A DNA stretch of 53,310 bases from a virus (Duplodnaviria; Caudoviricetes): the IMG/VR virus record IMGVR_UViG_3300021502_000001, positions 1-53,310 of that record. The stretch is one strand, 5' to 3'. The translations under genes and the position numbers were made by a program. The notes under the pieces were generated by a model. It ran no database searches, was not told where the DNA came from, and saw only the letters and a program-made list of their open reading frames with translations. Positions 28,992 through 40,004 of this stretch are shown piece after piece; the first letter of the stretch is position 1; every line of letters begins with the position of its first letter.

Positions 28992-30575
28992 TCATGTTAC
29001 ATACGCTTCTAAAGCGGCGCTATATATATTAACTGAATAACCATTACGACTCGAACACATCATTAAATATAATCTATGTTCTCCTTGCTCTAAAAATACA
29101 GTTTTAAAACCACACAATGGAAATCTTTGATCATTACCTTTATCTTTTGGTTCTATTCTATAACTTTGTATCACTTCACCTTCATTAAGCCGTATATCAA
29201 AACGAGCATCATATGATGTACTAGAAAAAGACCAAATAAAATTCCAAGAAATTCTATATAATCTCCCTATAGGTACTACAATTGGAAGTATTAATCTTTC
29301 CATAAAACTAGTTGAGGTAGTACTTTGCAATTCATCATCATCAATATAATGATAATCTCTAGAAGATACTATCAATTCATTCCCTACATGGAGTGCAGAT
29401 ATTGTCGGTGATATATTATCATTATATAATAACCTATTGGCCTGAACTTGTATTTGATCTTCTGTAAGTTCAGTATAAAGAGCTACATAATAAATTTCCC
29501 CATCAAAAGAAAATCTATTACCCTCTGCGTTATTTCCAATCCCTATATAATCATCATTTTCAAATCTTATATCTGTATTAATTGGGATCTCTTCACTTCT
29601 ATGAAAAAAGACTCTAACTCCATTAATATAAACCTTAAATCTATTTTTAACATTCTCTTGTTCGCTATCAAATACTGAATGGACAACAAATCTACCTTTC
29701 CATTTATGATTAATACCGATTTCCCCATATAATTCATTATTTAAATAAAATAATAAACGGCCTTTTGAATTACATCTTATACTAAATATATCTTCGGAAG
29801 ATTTATTACCCAAGAAGACCACAATATTATCTCTTCCAGCCTTATAAATATGACACATAACTTCCCACACTGCTTTTCGAGATCTATTTAAACAATCATG
29901 TATTTTGGTGTGTTCTATATAATGGTATGCACCACCAAAACCCTCATTCTCAAACCATCTCAATCCTATACAGGAATTTATCATATAATATTCGACATTA
30001 CCCGCATAATCTATAGGTAAATTTAATGGATTATCCGCATTATCAATAAGTTTAGGTGGTTCTGTTCCAGATTCAGCTTCATTTATAAGGTATTGTACAA
30101 TTAATAACCTTTCATCTAAAGGTTTAGGGTTTATAACTGTAATATTTTTTATACCTTTTATCTTATCTTCTAAATAACCAGGCAATATATCATCTTCACT
30201 TACTTTACTAAAATAAGCAACAGATCCAGATAAAGTGACTACTTCTTCCTCAATTGCTTCTTGTACAATATCTGGTACTATATGTAATTCTGTGGATGAA
30301 CTCGCCCCAATATCTATAGTATCTATCCCAAATAATTGGATTGACCCTGTTTGAGGGGATTCTAATGTTACAGTTAGTATATTTGTTGGATCACTTTTAT
30401 TAGTAATTATATTCTTAACTATATTACTACTATATAACGCTCCAATAATAACCTTTACTTTTAAATATTCATATCCACTATTATGTATAATTTCAATAGT
30501 ATCAGTATTAACAAATTCTTGTGTATATATTAACTTAAGTATTCCTGCCATTATATTCTCTCTCCATGTGTCCAT
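28992..30575 (-). CDS. Virion protein with LamG/concanavalin-A-like domain
   Basis: 527 aa (probable start MAGIL). Contains 'FKVYINGV...IGIGN...FDGEIYYVALYTELTEDQI', a LamG-like signature. Confidence 0.65.
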   Translation of the reverse strand: MDTWRENIMAGILKLIYTQEFVNTDTIEIIHNSGYEYLKVKVIIGALYSSNIVKNIITNKSDPTNILTVTLESPQTGSIQLFGIDTIDIGASSSTELHIVPDIVQEAIEEEVVTLSGSVAYFSKVSEDDILPGYLEDKIKGIKNITVINPKPLDERLLIVQYLINEAESGTEPPKLIDNADNPLNLPIDYAGNVEYYMINSCIGLRWFENEGFGGAYHYIEHTKIHDCLNRSRKAVWEVMCHIYKAGRDNIVVFLGNKSSEDIFSIRCNSKGRLLFYLNNELYGEIGINHKWKGRFVVHSVFDSEQENVKNRFKVYINGVRVFFHRSEEIPINTDIRFENDDYIGIGNNAEGNRFSFDGEIYYVALYTELTEDQIQVQANRLLYNDNISPTISALHVGNELIVSSRDYHYIDDDELQSTTSTSFMERLILPIVVPIGRLYRISWNFIWSFSSTSYDARFDIRLNEGEVIQSYRIEPKDKGNDQRFPLCGFKTVFLEQGEHRLYLMMCSSRNGYSVNIYSAALEAYVT

Positions 30576-32869
30576 TTAATACCAGAAATTTCAACTGTCC
30601 ACACTATAAAATCTTTATTACCATTACCATCATCATCTAATTCTACTCTTATTGCTAACATATCCCCTTCATAGTAGCTAGAAATATTTATAGGGTCTGA
30701 TTCAATTGTAATTAATTTATTATTTACAACAAAAGGCACACTCACACTTGTTGTTTGTGCTACATTTGCTGTCAAAACTTCTGTATTGGCTAATGTGCGT
30801 TCTATAGGAATTAGACCACCGCTTGGATCTGCCTCTAAAACACCTTGTATCTCTATTGGTAAAACCGAAATAATCATAGTGCCATTACTAGAAAACCCCG
30901 GTTGTTCTGGATGCCCCATTATTTTAATAGTTAATGGGCTACCAGTAAAAATACCACGAGGTAAATTAGCTTGCATATAAATAGCATCACCATTACTGTT
31001 TAATTGGTTATTTTTGAACATATGCCCCCAACCTGTAGGAACCCCTCCAGAACCAATATTTACATAAGCATTTGTTACACCACCAGTTTCACCAAAAATA
31101 TTTCCTGTTGCTAAAATAGTCTGTTTAAACTTAGCTTTACCATAATATGTATTGTGCCCATCCTTATGTACTTTAAATCTATGTGATTGTAATTTTATAC
31201 ACTCAAAAACTGGGGCAGTAATAACCCCATACTTTATTCTAACTCTAAACCAATAAGTAGTAACGCTATTAATTGTCTTTTGCGCCCAATCATTTCCTAT
31301 ATTACAAGAGATATACTCTTCACTATTTGAACGTATAAATAACTCATTAGCATACGAATAACCCTCTTCTACACTTGTATTCATATGTGTACATTCTACC
31401 CAATTTGTACCATTCCAATATTCTGTTACAAAAGATCTTTTAGTTGTTTCTACTGCCGCAATTGTTTGGCATAATACTACCCCATGGGCTTTAAGATCTT
31501 CTGTAAATGCTGATCCAATTAAAATTGTATGCCCTGCAACAAGTCCTTGAAAACTAATAGTTGATCCAGAAATAGTAGATATTGCTGCTTCTGTAACATC
31601 AATAAGGTTACCACCATCGCTAGTGCTTGAAGATGTACTATCAGTAGTAAACACTTTCATACCTTTATTATAACTTCGTCCCCCGCCAAAAACAGAATGC
31701 CGGCTTCTATCTGGGCGGCCTACAGTTAAATCACCATAAACAGTTATACTATCAGTTTTACTATCCATAAAAAAGGCGGTGTCCCCTTTATAATTTGCGG
31801 GACCAAATAATTTTTCACCATCTATTTCACAACCTATAAATTTAATAATTGAATCCATATCTTCAATATAGACTTGTCTCTGTGTACCCTCACCGATCAT
31901 AAAACTACTACCGAAAAAAATAGATCCATTATTCAAACGAAAAACATTAGTGCATATATCTACCCCTCCACCAGCAACATTCATTGTACTATGATCATCT
32001 AAATAAAAACAATTAGTTAATGAGCTACCTCTAGAAATTGCAAAATTAGCATTGATAAGAGTATTAGGGCCTGATGATTTAATAAATGTTTCGACTGTTG
32101 CCCCAGGTAAAATATATAAACTCCTTGCTTCACAATAACCACCTTCAATTACAAGGCATTCATTAACATTGCCTATAAAATTAGTATCAGAAAATCTTAC
32201 CTGCATATTATCGTTAGTAGATGAAAGACCTCTATTACAATCTTTAATTATTAAAACAGAATTTGCGGATAAACCAGATACAGTAGCATTTAAAGCTGTA
32301 CCGCCTGTACAACCATTTAATTCCATATTAGTTACGCCTGTACCATGATTCAATTCTATTAAATTTTCATTGACATTACCAGCAACTATTTTTGTAGAGA
32401 AAAACCCACCCATACCTTTAATACAAGTAAAAGGGTTCATAAATAACGGATTATTTTCAATATAATTACCAGGACTTACCTCAATTATATACTTACAAGT
32501 ATCGCTGCTTCCTGATGTTGTAGAAAGGGCATGTTTAACAGTTAAATAAGGGTCTCCCTGTGTTCCAGAAGCAGTTAAATCATTTCCATTTTTAGCTACA
32601 CATATTAAATGTTCTATATCAACACCGCCTGATCCCCCACTCACCTCTGACCATTCTGTACCAGCGGCTGTTGAACGTAAATATTTACCTGTATCATAGG
32701 CGCTTGGTGTATCTGTAAGTTCAATTATAGTATCTTTACCTATTTTTACATTCCCAACACCGTCGCCCATATATAAATTTTTGGTATCTGTTGTAAAACC
32801 AGGTTCTGCTAAATTTAAAGTTGGTAATTGGGCTTGTGTCCCACGTCTTATTTTTATATCTACAGCCAT
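30551..32869 (-). CDS. Fibre/spike-like protein: Mtd-N-type N-terminus plus beta-helix (pectin-lyase-like) region
   Basis: N-terminus IKIRRGT...LAEPGFTTDTKNLYMGDG; 'VAKNGND..ASGT..DPYLTVKHAL....IEVSPGNYIE' is a typical beta-helix entry motif. Confidence 0.7.
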   Translation of the reverse strand: MAVDIKIRRGTQAQLPTLNLAEPGFTTDTKNLYMGDGVGNVKIGKDTIIELTDTPSAYDTGKYLRSTAAGTEWSEVSGGSGGVDIEHLICVAKNGNDLTASGTQGDPYLTVKHALSTTSGSSDTCKYIIEVSPGNYIENNPLFMNPFTCIKGMGGFFSTKIVAGNVNENLIELNHGTGVTNMELNGCTGGTALNATVSGLSANSVLIIKDCNRGLSSTNDNMQVRFSDTNFIGNVNECLVIEGGYCEARSLYILPGATVETFIKSSGPNTLINANFAISRGSSLTNCFYLDDHSTMNVAGGGVDICTNVFRLNNGSIFFGSSFMIGEGTQRQVYIEDMDSIIKFIGCEIDGEKLFGPANYKGDTAFFMDSKTDSITVYGDLTVGRPDRSRHSVFGGGRSYNKGMKVFTTDSTSSSTSDGGNLIDVTEAAISTISGSTISFQGLVAGHTILIGSAFTEDLKAHGVVLCQTIAAVETTKRSFVTEYWNGTNWVECTHMNTSVEEGYSYANELFIRSNSEEYISCNIGNDWAQKTINSVTTYWFRVRIKYGVITAPVFECIKLQSHRFKVHKDGHNTYYGKAKFKQTILATGNIFGETGGVTNAYVNIGSGGVPTGWGHMFKNNQLNSNGDAIYMQANLPRGIFTGSPLTIKIMGHPEQPGFSSNGTMIISVLPIEIQGVLEADPSGGLIPIERTLANTEVLTANVAQTTSVSVPFVVNNKLITIESDPINISSYYEGDMLAIRVELDDDGNGNKDFIVWTVEISGIKWTHGERI

Positions 32870-32891
32870 AAATTTTTCCTTTTAAATAGAA

Positions 32892-34058
32892 TTAAATAAA
32901 ACTACCGCCATCTACTTTTACTACTTCTATTACTCCTAATACATGATTTATAGAGTCATTATCTATAGATACCCCTACACCACTAACTGTTACTGAGACA
33001 GGAGCTATAACGTCGTTTACGGCACTATAAGGTAATACATTCAATAAAGATCCTCCTCCCCCACCGACTCCATTTCCTTGTGCAGCTAATCTAAAATTAT
33101 TTGAACCGTCATCTTGTAAACCTGTCCCAATCAAATCGGAAATATTAACTGCAACATCATCTGTATTAACAGTTATACCATCGCCTGCCCCTACATCTAT
33201 AGTATTCCCTGTTTTTGTAAGACCTGCTCCAGCAGTTACTCCAGACAATCCACCAAATTCAGACCAAGTAGTCCCATCCCATCGCTCATAATAATTTGCA
33301 TACATATTCCATGTTAAAGCACCTTCGCCTACAACAGAAACGCCATATACCACTTCAAAAATACTGCCTGTGTATTCTACAATATCATTATTACTAACTC
33401 CGGTTATAGTGCCAAAATTAACATTAAGACTACTTACATTAGTTAAAATGTATCTATCACCAGTCGTTGGTGACCCACCAGGATCTAATGTGGCATCTAC
33501 TTGTTTATTTAAAATATCTCTTTGAAAATCTAACCCTGCTATTGCGTTGTCAATTTCATTACCTATCTTCTGTGCGGACCATAAATCAGTGGCTGTAGTA
33601 CTAACGTCGTTAATTACTCTATGCAAAGTAACATCATTTATATGAGTTCTAATTTCTTGCCCAGTAACATATACACCGCTAGTTGTTGTAACTAAACGGT
33701 TAACTCTTCCATCTGTAAGTTCTGTTTGTCTTACTCTACCATACACCGAACCGTCGGGAACATCATCAAGATCTGAAATACCTCCTGACACATCTACCCA
33801 AAAAGAACCATCATCAACATAGGTTGCATCAGTATCCGAGGCATGAAAAAGTCTGCCCGAAACGCCAGCACTTGGTCTATTAATAAATGTATCTACTATT
33901 ACCCTACCAACTAAATGGGCATTTGATCCATCCGAAACAAAAACCTCTTCGGTATCTGTTGTAAATCCGATCTCCCCACTAACCATAGGGGTTGCTCCAC
34001 CCATTAAGGAGTCTAATTGTACTTTTGTTCCGCGTCTTAATCTAATTGTAACTGCCAT
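32892..34058 (-). CDS. Fibre-like protein with Mtd-N-type N-terminus
   Basis: IRLRRGT...GEIGFTTDTEEVFVSDG, 'P.TGDRYI', AGAGLTKTGNTIDVGAGDGITV repeats, C-terminal DGGSF. Confidence 0.7.
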   Translation of the reverse strand: MAVTIRLRRGTKVQLDSLMGGATPMVSGEIGFTTDTEEVFVSDGSNAHLVGRVIVDTFINRPSAGVSGRLFHASDTDATYVDDGSFWVDVSGGISDLDDVPDGSVYGRVRQTELTDGRVNRLVTTTSGVYVTGQEIRTHINDVTLHRVINDVSTTATDLWSAQKIGNEIDNAIAGLDFQRDILNKQVDATLDPGGSPTTGDRYILTNVSSLNVNFGTITGVSNNDIVEYTGSIFEVVYGVSVVGEGALTWNMYANYYERWDGTTWSEFGGLSGVTAGAGLTKTGNTIDVGAGDGITVNTDDVAVNISDLIGTGLQDDGSNNFRLAAQGNGVGGGGGSLLNVLPYSAVNDVIAPVSVTVSGVGVSIDNDSINHVLGVIEVVKVDGGSFI

Positions 34059-34080
34059 ATTTAAAAATCTCCTTTATTAA

Positions 34081-34629
34081 TTAAAAATAACCACCATCTA
34101 TTACCCCACTACACACAACACCAGTTTCAGAACTATTAACGAACACTAATTTTTCTGCATTGGTACTATAAGAGTTAAAGGTGTCATCTAATTCTAAAAA
34201 AGTATCAGGTTTGGCTTGAATCTTATTATCTAAAATACCAGAAACGGTACTTAACTCATTGTCCCTGGTAATATAATTTGGTATCTGAGAATTTGATAGT
34301 ATTCCTATATGATCTGTACCACTTAATGTGTGGGGGCCAGCTTCACTTGCTATCCTTAATCTTCCTTGTGAGTCTAAAGCAAAAGGCATCCAGTTGCTAT
34401 TATGCTGTCCCATATTATGAGAAGAATTACGTATATAACCCTCACTATCCAAATTTTGTTCTTCTACCTGTATAGTACCAGTTATAGTTGTTTCAGATTC
34501 AAAATCACCGCTTACTTTAAGAATTGGACCTTCTGAACCACTTATGGTTACTAAGGGCTCTCCTAATGAATCTGTTAAAGTAACATCACCCTCTATGACT
34601 CTAAACACATTAAATACCCCCTGTATCAA
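34081..34629 (-). CDS. Hypothetical fibre-associated protein
   Basis: 182 aa (start possibly GTG 34608). Shares the DTF.EL.DT...Y motif with the 772-aa protein and ends in IDGGYF. Confidence 0.6.
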   Translation of the reverse strand: MIQGVFNVFRVIEGDVTLTDSLGEPLVTISGSEGPILKVSGDFESETTITGTIQVEEQNLDSEGYIRNSSHNMGQHNSNWMPFALDSQGRLRIASEAGPHTLSGTDHIGILSNSQIPNYITRDNELSTVSGILDNKIQAKPDTFLELDDTFNSYSTNAEKLVFVNSSETGVVCSGVIDGGYF

Positions 34630-34948
34630 AATCTCTATTGTACTCTATATTAACCGCTTTATTATTAAATCTATTAATCGTACCTGTTACAGTAACTATG
34701 ATAGAAGTTCCTGTATCATAATCGTATATACTTTTTATTGTTTGTGAAATATGTTTTCCCGAACGTATAAATACTGTGCTACTAATTTTAAATATTTTTG
34801 TTATATCTCTCCATTCATCTATTCTATAGACTTTGCCATTTAAACGATTTAATTCGGAATACGAATCCCTATCATGTAACCCTCCATGTTCTTCAGGAGA
34901 TACAAAATCTGAATCCAATATTTGTTCTTCTCGAATAACACTTCTCAT
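34610..34948 (-). CDS. Hypothetical protein
   Basis: 112-aa coupled ORF. N-terminus MRSVIREEQI resembles MRSLIRQLEQI of the 429-aa protein. Confidence 0.6.
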   Translation of the reverse strand: MRSVIREEQILDSDFVSPEEHGGLHDRDSYSELNRLNGKVYRIDEWRDITKIFKISSTVFIRSGKHISQTIKSIYDYDTGTSIIVTVTGTINRFNNKAVNIEYNRDFDTGGI

Positions 34949-35212
34949 CTACGCCCTCTCATAGGTAGCTCTCATAACATCTGAATATTTAGGTAAATAT
35001 ATATTATCACAAATAAATTGCACTGTATTACTATTTAAAATTATAAAATCATCTGGAGAATATAAAGATTGACCATTCCAAGTTATTACTATACTGTTTG
35101 ATTTAAAATTATGCGGTGTTTGGAATGTATTAATAATCCCATTAGGGTTGGGGGTAAGAGATTGACCTATTACTATATTAGTTTTAGTTTGTATTTTTCT
35201 TAATATAATCAA
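34949..35212 (-). CDS. Small beta-rich virion protein
   Basis: 87 aa with 'SIVITWNGQSL...DF', resembling the C-terminal module of the 429-aa protein. Confidence 0.55.
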   Translation of the reverse strand: MIILRKIQTKTNIVIGQSLTPNPNGIINTFQTPHNFKSNSIVITWNGQSLYSPDDFIILNSNTVQFICDNIYLPKYSDVMRATYERA

Positions 35213-35239
35213 AATTTACCCCATCACCTTTACCTTTAC

Positions 35240-35551
35240 TTAATTAACATCATTTACTTCATCTTCACTATTTTCAGACCTTATGGCCTCCATTGTTTTT
35301 TGTCGTGCTTCATCTCTTTCAGTGGCCGCTATAATATTAGATATTAAATCTATTATTATTTTTTCATTGGCTTTTAATTGACTTATTTCACCTTGAATAA
35401 TTTGACTAAGTTTTACTTTTTTTTCTATATCAGCTCGAAATTTTCCTACTAATTGTATTATAAATCCAATTTCCGATTTACTTAAAATTTCTTTATCATC
35501 AGCCTTATCTATAATACTACGTAATGCATTATTAGTTGCGTCTATAGCCAT
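35240..35551 (-). CDS. Hypothetical coiled-coil protein
   Basis: 103 aa with AAGGAGG RBS and heptad-like pattern. Confidence 0.65.
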   Translation of the reverse strand: MAIDATNNALRSIIDKADDKEILSKSEIGFIIQLVGKFRADIEKKVKLSQIIQGEISQLKANEKIIIDLISNIIAATERDEARQKTMEAIRSENSEDEVNDVN

Positions 35552-35571
35552 ACCTTTTCCTCCTTAATAAT

Positions 35572-35597
35572 TTTGGTGGTAATAAATTACCACCAAA
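35572..35597. promoter_or_regulatory. Perfect inverted repeat (terminator or RNA-stabilising hairpin)
   Basis: TTTGGTGGTAAT-AA-ATTACCACCAAA, between the 429-aa gene and the RBS of the next gene. Confidence 0.6.
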
Positions 35598-35621
35598 GTT
35601 ATAATTGATTAATTAATTATT

Positions 35622-36911
35622 TTATTGTCTTACTACATAAGTTACATTTCTTCCAGATTGAATATTAAACATAAATGTAACTGTAGTTGCACTTGTTTCA
35701 TTATAATCTCTATCAGAATTAGCCCCATTTACACCCGTACTTGCGGCAAGTAACTGACCACCTACATAAATATCTAAATTACTACCTTCTCTTCCAGCTG
35801 TTCCATCAGGTGTATATGAAATAGAACCAGGTAAAGTATACGCTACATTTTTATTAATCAATGCAGAAACCTCTTCTACATATTTATCTCCAGATTGAGC
35901 AGTTAAATCAGCCATTTCTTGATCTAACTTATCTAAAGAATCAGCAATACTTTCACCACTTGTTATATAATTTCCTTCTGAATATAACCTATCACCAATA
36001 CCATCATTTAAATAGTCCAAAGCAGACTTTAATGAGGATGGTCCAGAAGCCCCTGCATCAGAAAAAATATAACTTGCTGATACATTATTCCAAGATTGAG
36101 GGTTATCATCGTCATTACTTGCTCCTGTAAATGCCCACAAATTACTAATATCTTCTATAAGTTCTATATCACCTTCCCAAGAAGATATAAAGTCTGTTCT
36201 AAGCCATTCATACTCTTCCATTTCTGCCATAACTTTTCTATGGGGATACACAAAAGAAATATTAGTAGCATCTACACCAGAAACTGTTGAAAGATCACAT
36301 ACAGTATTGTTAGCATAAAAACGAGCATAAACATCAGTACCAGTACCTGTTCCACCAGAATCTGCACCATCATGAAATTTAGCGTATATCAAATCACCAT
36401 TATTATTATAAATTGATGCATCAGTATCATTATTTACAACATCAATTCTACAAATAGTATCGCCCTTACCCTCATCCTGATAACTACCTGTACTACTAAA
36501 AATAGGAAGTCCACGTCTATCAGTAGCAGTAGCATAGGATGTAGATAAACCCATCAAAACGCCAGTAGATGTTCCACTTACAGTATACCCAACACCAGAA
36601 TTATTATCAGTTACGGCTAATATAATAGTTGCTGAATCTAATGTGTTACCACTAATATTATCTAAATTTAAATTTTTAGTGGGTGTATCAGAAACATCTG
36701 TACTTGTAGGATCAAAATAAGTACCTGTAATATCATACCAGTTTGTTGAGCCCTTTACATCTTTTACTAATGTACGCAAATTATTTAAATCCTCCTCCAA
36801 GGACCCAGAAATAGTTGGTTCTGCTACAGCCGATGTATTAACATCGGCCACTATGTCATCATAAATAGCAGACCTTCTAATTTGCTCTAATTGTCTAATT
36901 AAACTTCGCAT
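35622..36911 (-). CDS. Virion structural protein (fibre/collar-like)
   Basis: 429 aa, acidic and S/T/G-rich, with AAGGAG RBS and downstream hairpin. Confidence 0.6.
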   Translation of the reverse strand: MRSLIRQLEQIRRSAIYDDIVADVNTSAVAEPTISGSLEEDLNNLRTLVKDVKGSTNWYDITGTYFDPTSTDVSDTPTKNLNLDNISGNTLDSATIILAVTDNNSGVGYTVSGTSTGVLMGLSTSYATATDRRGLPIFSSTGSYQDEGKGDTICRIDVVNNDTDASIYNNNGDLIYAKFHDGADSGGTGTGTDVYARFYANNTVCDLSTVSGVDATNISFVYPHRKVMAEMEEYEWLRTDFISSWEGDIELIEDISNLWAFTGASNDDDNPQSWNNVSASYIFSDAGASGPSSLKSALDYLNDGIGDRLYSEGNYITSGESIADSLDKLDQEMADLTAQSGDKYVEEVSALINKNVAYTLPGSISYTPDGTAGREGSNLDIYVGGQLLAASTGVNGANSDRDYNETSATTVTFMFNIQSGRNVTYVVRQ

Positions 36912-36977
36912 AAAATATTCTCCTTTTAAACCAAATTTTAAATTACTATTACTACTAAATTAAGATTACATTAACAA

Positions 36978-37463
36978 TTATCTTACACCTAATTCCTGTA
37001 TCTGTTTTTTTAACATTCTACACAATACTTCTTTTTGCGGACGTTGACTAGCCTCCTTTAAAGCATAAGTTAAGAGTTTAACATCTTTAATACCTTCCAT
37101 CTTCTCTCTAGCCTTTCTTACTGACCAACCAACTACATCTTCAATGGTTATATCCTTCTTCGACTTCGCTGGTTTTGATACTGGTATATCAAAATTGCCC
37201 TGTAAAGATTTTTGTTCTACTGGTGGGGTTATAATTACTTCTTCTGCGTTTACAACCTTCTCTTCAAAAATAATTCCCCACCTATCGTCACCTCTTAACT
37301 TTATATCTTGTATCCAATTTACAAACTCTCTGCCTTCTTTTAAATGATATTTCTTACCATACTGCAAGTATAATTCATTTAATAAAATTTTCTTTCCTGG
37401 TTGTACCGATCGTTTCATTATATGTGCCCATGAATTTGATTTATTTATTACATAACCTTCCAT
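36978..37463 (-). CDS. Hypothetical protein
   Basis: 161-aa ORF with AAGGAG RBS. Confidence 0.65.
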   Translation of the reverse strand: MEGYVINKSNSWAHIMKRSVQPGKKILLNELYLQYGKKYHLKEGREFVNWIQDIKLRGDDRWGIIFEEKVVNAEEVIITPPVEQKSLQGNFDIPVSKPAKSKKDITIEDVVGWSVRKAREKMEGIKDVKLLTYALKEASQRPQKEVLCRMLKKQIQELGVR

Positions 37464-37522
37464 AATTTTCTTCTCCTTTTCTTTTTTAATATTTTTACCT
37501 TTTCCAAAATTCTAAAATGTCC

Positions 37523-37819
37523 TTAATAAAACAGTTTATCAAAAATACTATGTAATACATTTGATAATCTGTGTGCTGATAATATATACAAAATAAATAT
37601 ACTATAATCATTATATGACATACTAATAATAATTATAGCTGCCCATACAGAAAAACAATAAGGGCATTGTAATATATTGTATATAAACTTAAATAATTTA
37701 TTTTTTTCGCCCGAAAATAAATTTCTTAATGTACTAAAAAATTCTGATTTTACTACCAACTCAGTCAATGCCTCTATACTTACTATGATAACAAGAATCT
37801 TAAAAATAAAATAATACAT
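37523..37819 (-). CDS. Membrane protein, DUF1360-like
   Basis: Hydrophobic segments flanking 'ILQCPYCFSVWAA'. Confidence 0.65.
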   Translation of the reverse strand: MYYFIFKILVIIVSIEALTELVVKSEFFSTLRNLFSGEKNKLFKFIYNILQCPYCFSVWAAIIIISMSYNDYSIFILYILSAHRLSNVLHSIFDKLFY

Positions 37820-37866
37820 AGGTGTAACCTTAATTTAATTGTTTAGTTTAATATAACTACTATAAT

Positions 37867-37878
37867 ATAGTTAGTTTA
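37867..37878 (-). promoter_or_regulatory. Conserved motif TAAACTAACTAT, copy 2
   Basis: Intergenic, 48 nt upstream of the DUF1360-like start, followed by ATTATAGTAG. Confidence 0.5.
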
Positions 37879-37965
37879 AACTTTAGAATAAAAATTAATT
37901 ACTACTTTGAAGAGAAACGCTACTTTTAGAAAATAATTGGTACTGCTTTTGGAAAATAATTAATA

Positions 37966-38892
37966 CTACTTCGATAAGAAATTATTTATTTTCTGTGCAC
38001 ACCTTTTGGATGGCCATTCTTTGTCTGTTATTCTTAATAAGTTAATGGAGTTTTTATTACATAATTTAGTTTTTATTTTATCTCTTTGCATTGTTTCTTT
38101 TCTACTATGCCAATATACACCATCGCATTCTATAGCTTTGTTTAATTCTGGAAAATATAAATCCAATTCTAAAAATTTATTAGTATTATTATTAAATATT
38201 ATGGTTCTATCGTTATAAACAACCCTACCATTATAAATACTTTTAACGAACTTTTTAACTTCTAATTCAAATTTTGATGTGTAATTATTCATAATATAAC
38301 AAGTAAAACATCTTGCAGCTCCATCTTTAAAATTATGAAAACTAGTTTCCCAATAATGACCCATTGGGCATTTAAGTTTTATTTTAGATCTATTATTAAC
38401 ATAAGTTGTAGAAAGTAACTCATAATCATAATTTTTAACATACCCTCTAACAAATTCTATTGTATGCTTATTAATTTTTCCACTTACATATTTCTTTGCA
38501 TCTGGGTACTTATCTCTATAATCACTTGCATGTTTTAACAAACACTTTTCTCTGTTATTTTTATAATATTTTCGACCTTTTTCAGTCAATTCCTCTCTTG
38601 ATCTTCTTTCATGGACCATCTTATTTTTTCTTTTAACTCTTTCAATTTTACAACTATTAGAACCACAATAAACTTTTTTACTATAAAAGGTAAAAAACTC
38701 TTTGCCGCACGCTAAACATTCTCTCTGATATTCTTTACTATTATTCCTTTTTCTGCTTTGTTTCCTCCACTGTATTCTTTCTCTATCTCTTTTAGCTTTT
38801 TCTTTACATTCTGAACAATATTTTTGACTCCCAGAAGTGGGAATAAAAATATTTTTGCAGCCCTTCATTTGACATTCTTTCTCTTTATACAT
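37966..38892 (-). mobile_element. Homing-endonuclease-like gene with Zn fingers and C-terminal Vsr/DUF559-type PD-(D/E)XK domain
   Basis: CxxC...YCS repeats, one YELLSTTYVNNRSKIKLKCPMGH repeat, and 'LELDLYFPELNKAIECDGVYWH...RDKIK...LLRI'. Confidence 0.78.
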
Positions 38893-38907
38893 AATTTTTA
38901 TTTATTA

Positions 38908-39894
38908 TTAACAAATTTTAGAAGCCAAATAAAAATAACTACATTCTCTATCTTTATGAGCTATTTTATTATGACACAATTTACAACAAGCTATACCATT
39001 ATCTGGATCTATCGCATAATATCGATGTGTTTTCTTTGGTAAAATATGATGTGCTGTATTAGCTATACCACCACAATACTCACAGATATAATTCTCTCTA
39101 TTTAATACTTCTTTACGCCAAATTTGTAAGTCATATTTTGTATAATTAACATCTATATTATTAATTGATCTATTATAAATTAAACATGAATTCTTACATT
39201 CTCCAGAACAATAAAACCTGTTGCTACCAGAGTAATTACCTTTTAATACTTGAATTCTATTAACAATACTTATTGTAGTTGGAGTATACCATTTTCTACA
39301 TTGACTGTTTGTACATCTTACTTGTAAAACTTTTAAACCATCTTGTAATACCCATCTTGTTTCTTCACACCAATCAATCTGTTTTGCATACGTATCATAT
39401 AAAGGAATATTTAATTTACACACCCCGCCCTTATAAGAAGGATTTTTATCCCCAATATGTATGCCAATATGATTTTTACTAATTTTTAATTTAGTTTCTT
39501 CGGTATGGTGTTTACCATAAAAGTGATTCTTTTCGCCCGACCGAGATTTAGACATTTTTAATTTAGACTCATTAGTATGCTTTTTCCCTATACTAGATTT
39601 AGACATTTTTTCTTTAGACTCTTTAGTATGTTTTTTACCGAACCAAGGATGTTTTTCACCCCTTATAGCCTTACTTATTTTCTTCTTTGTTTCATTTGAT
39701 ACCACCGTAGACTTTTTTAAACATGAAATTCCACAGTAGTCACTCTCTCTATTACGAACAGTTAAATAAGGTTCTCCACACCTTTTACATTCTAATCTTT
39801 CTGTATAAGTAGTGCTCCCCTTTCTTAAAAACCCATTACGAGTTAAATAAACTCCTTCCAAACTACCCCAACAAATTTTCATAAATTTGTACAA
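38908..39894 (-). mobile_element. NUMOD3-containing HNH endonuclease
   Basis: Repeated GKKHTKESKEKMS / GKKHTNESKLKMS / GKHHTEETKLKIS, and C-terminal CEYCG...AHHI...NGIACCKLCHNKIAH. Confidence 0.82.
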
Positions 39895-39926
39895 TTCCTA
39901 TATTCTATTTTCATAATTATCCATTT

Positions 39927-39968
39927 AAAAATAAAAAGCTGCTCCCCACATAAAGCAAGAAACAGCTT
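39927..39968 (-). terminator. Intrinsic terminator after the major capsid gene
   Basis: Minus strand AAGCTGTTTCTTGC-TTTAT-GTGGGGAGCAGCTT (14 bp including G:U pairs) followed by TTTATTTTT. Confidence 0.7.
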
Positions 39969-40004
39969 ATTATTTTATATGATTACATAAACTTCATAAT
40001 ATTT

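Noticed and set aside
30551-34058. Diversity-generating retroelement suggested by Mtd-like N-termini
   Set aside because: No reverse transcriptase, template/variable repeat pair or recognisable C-type lectin domain in the window.
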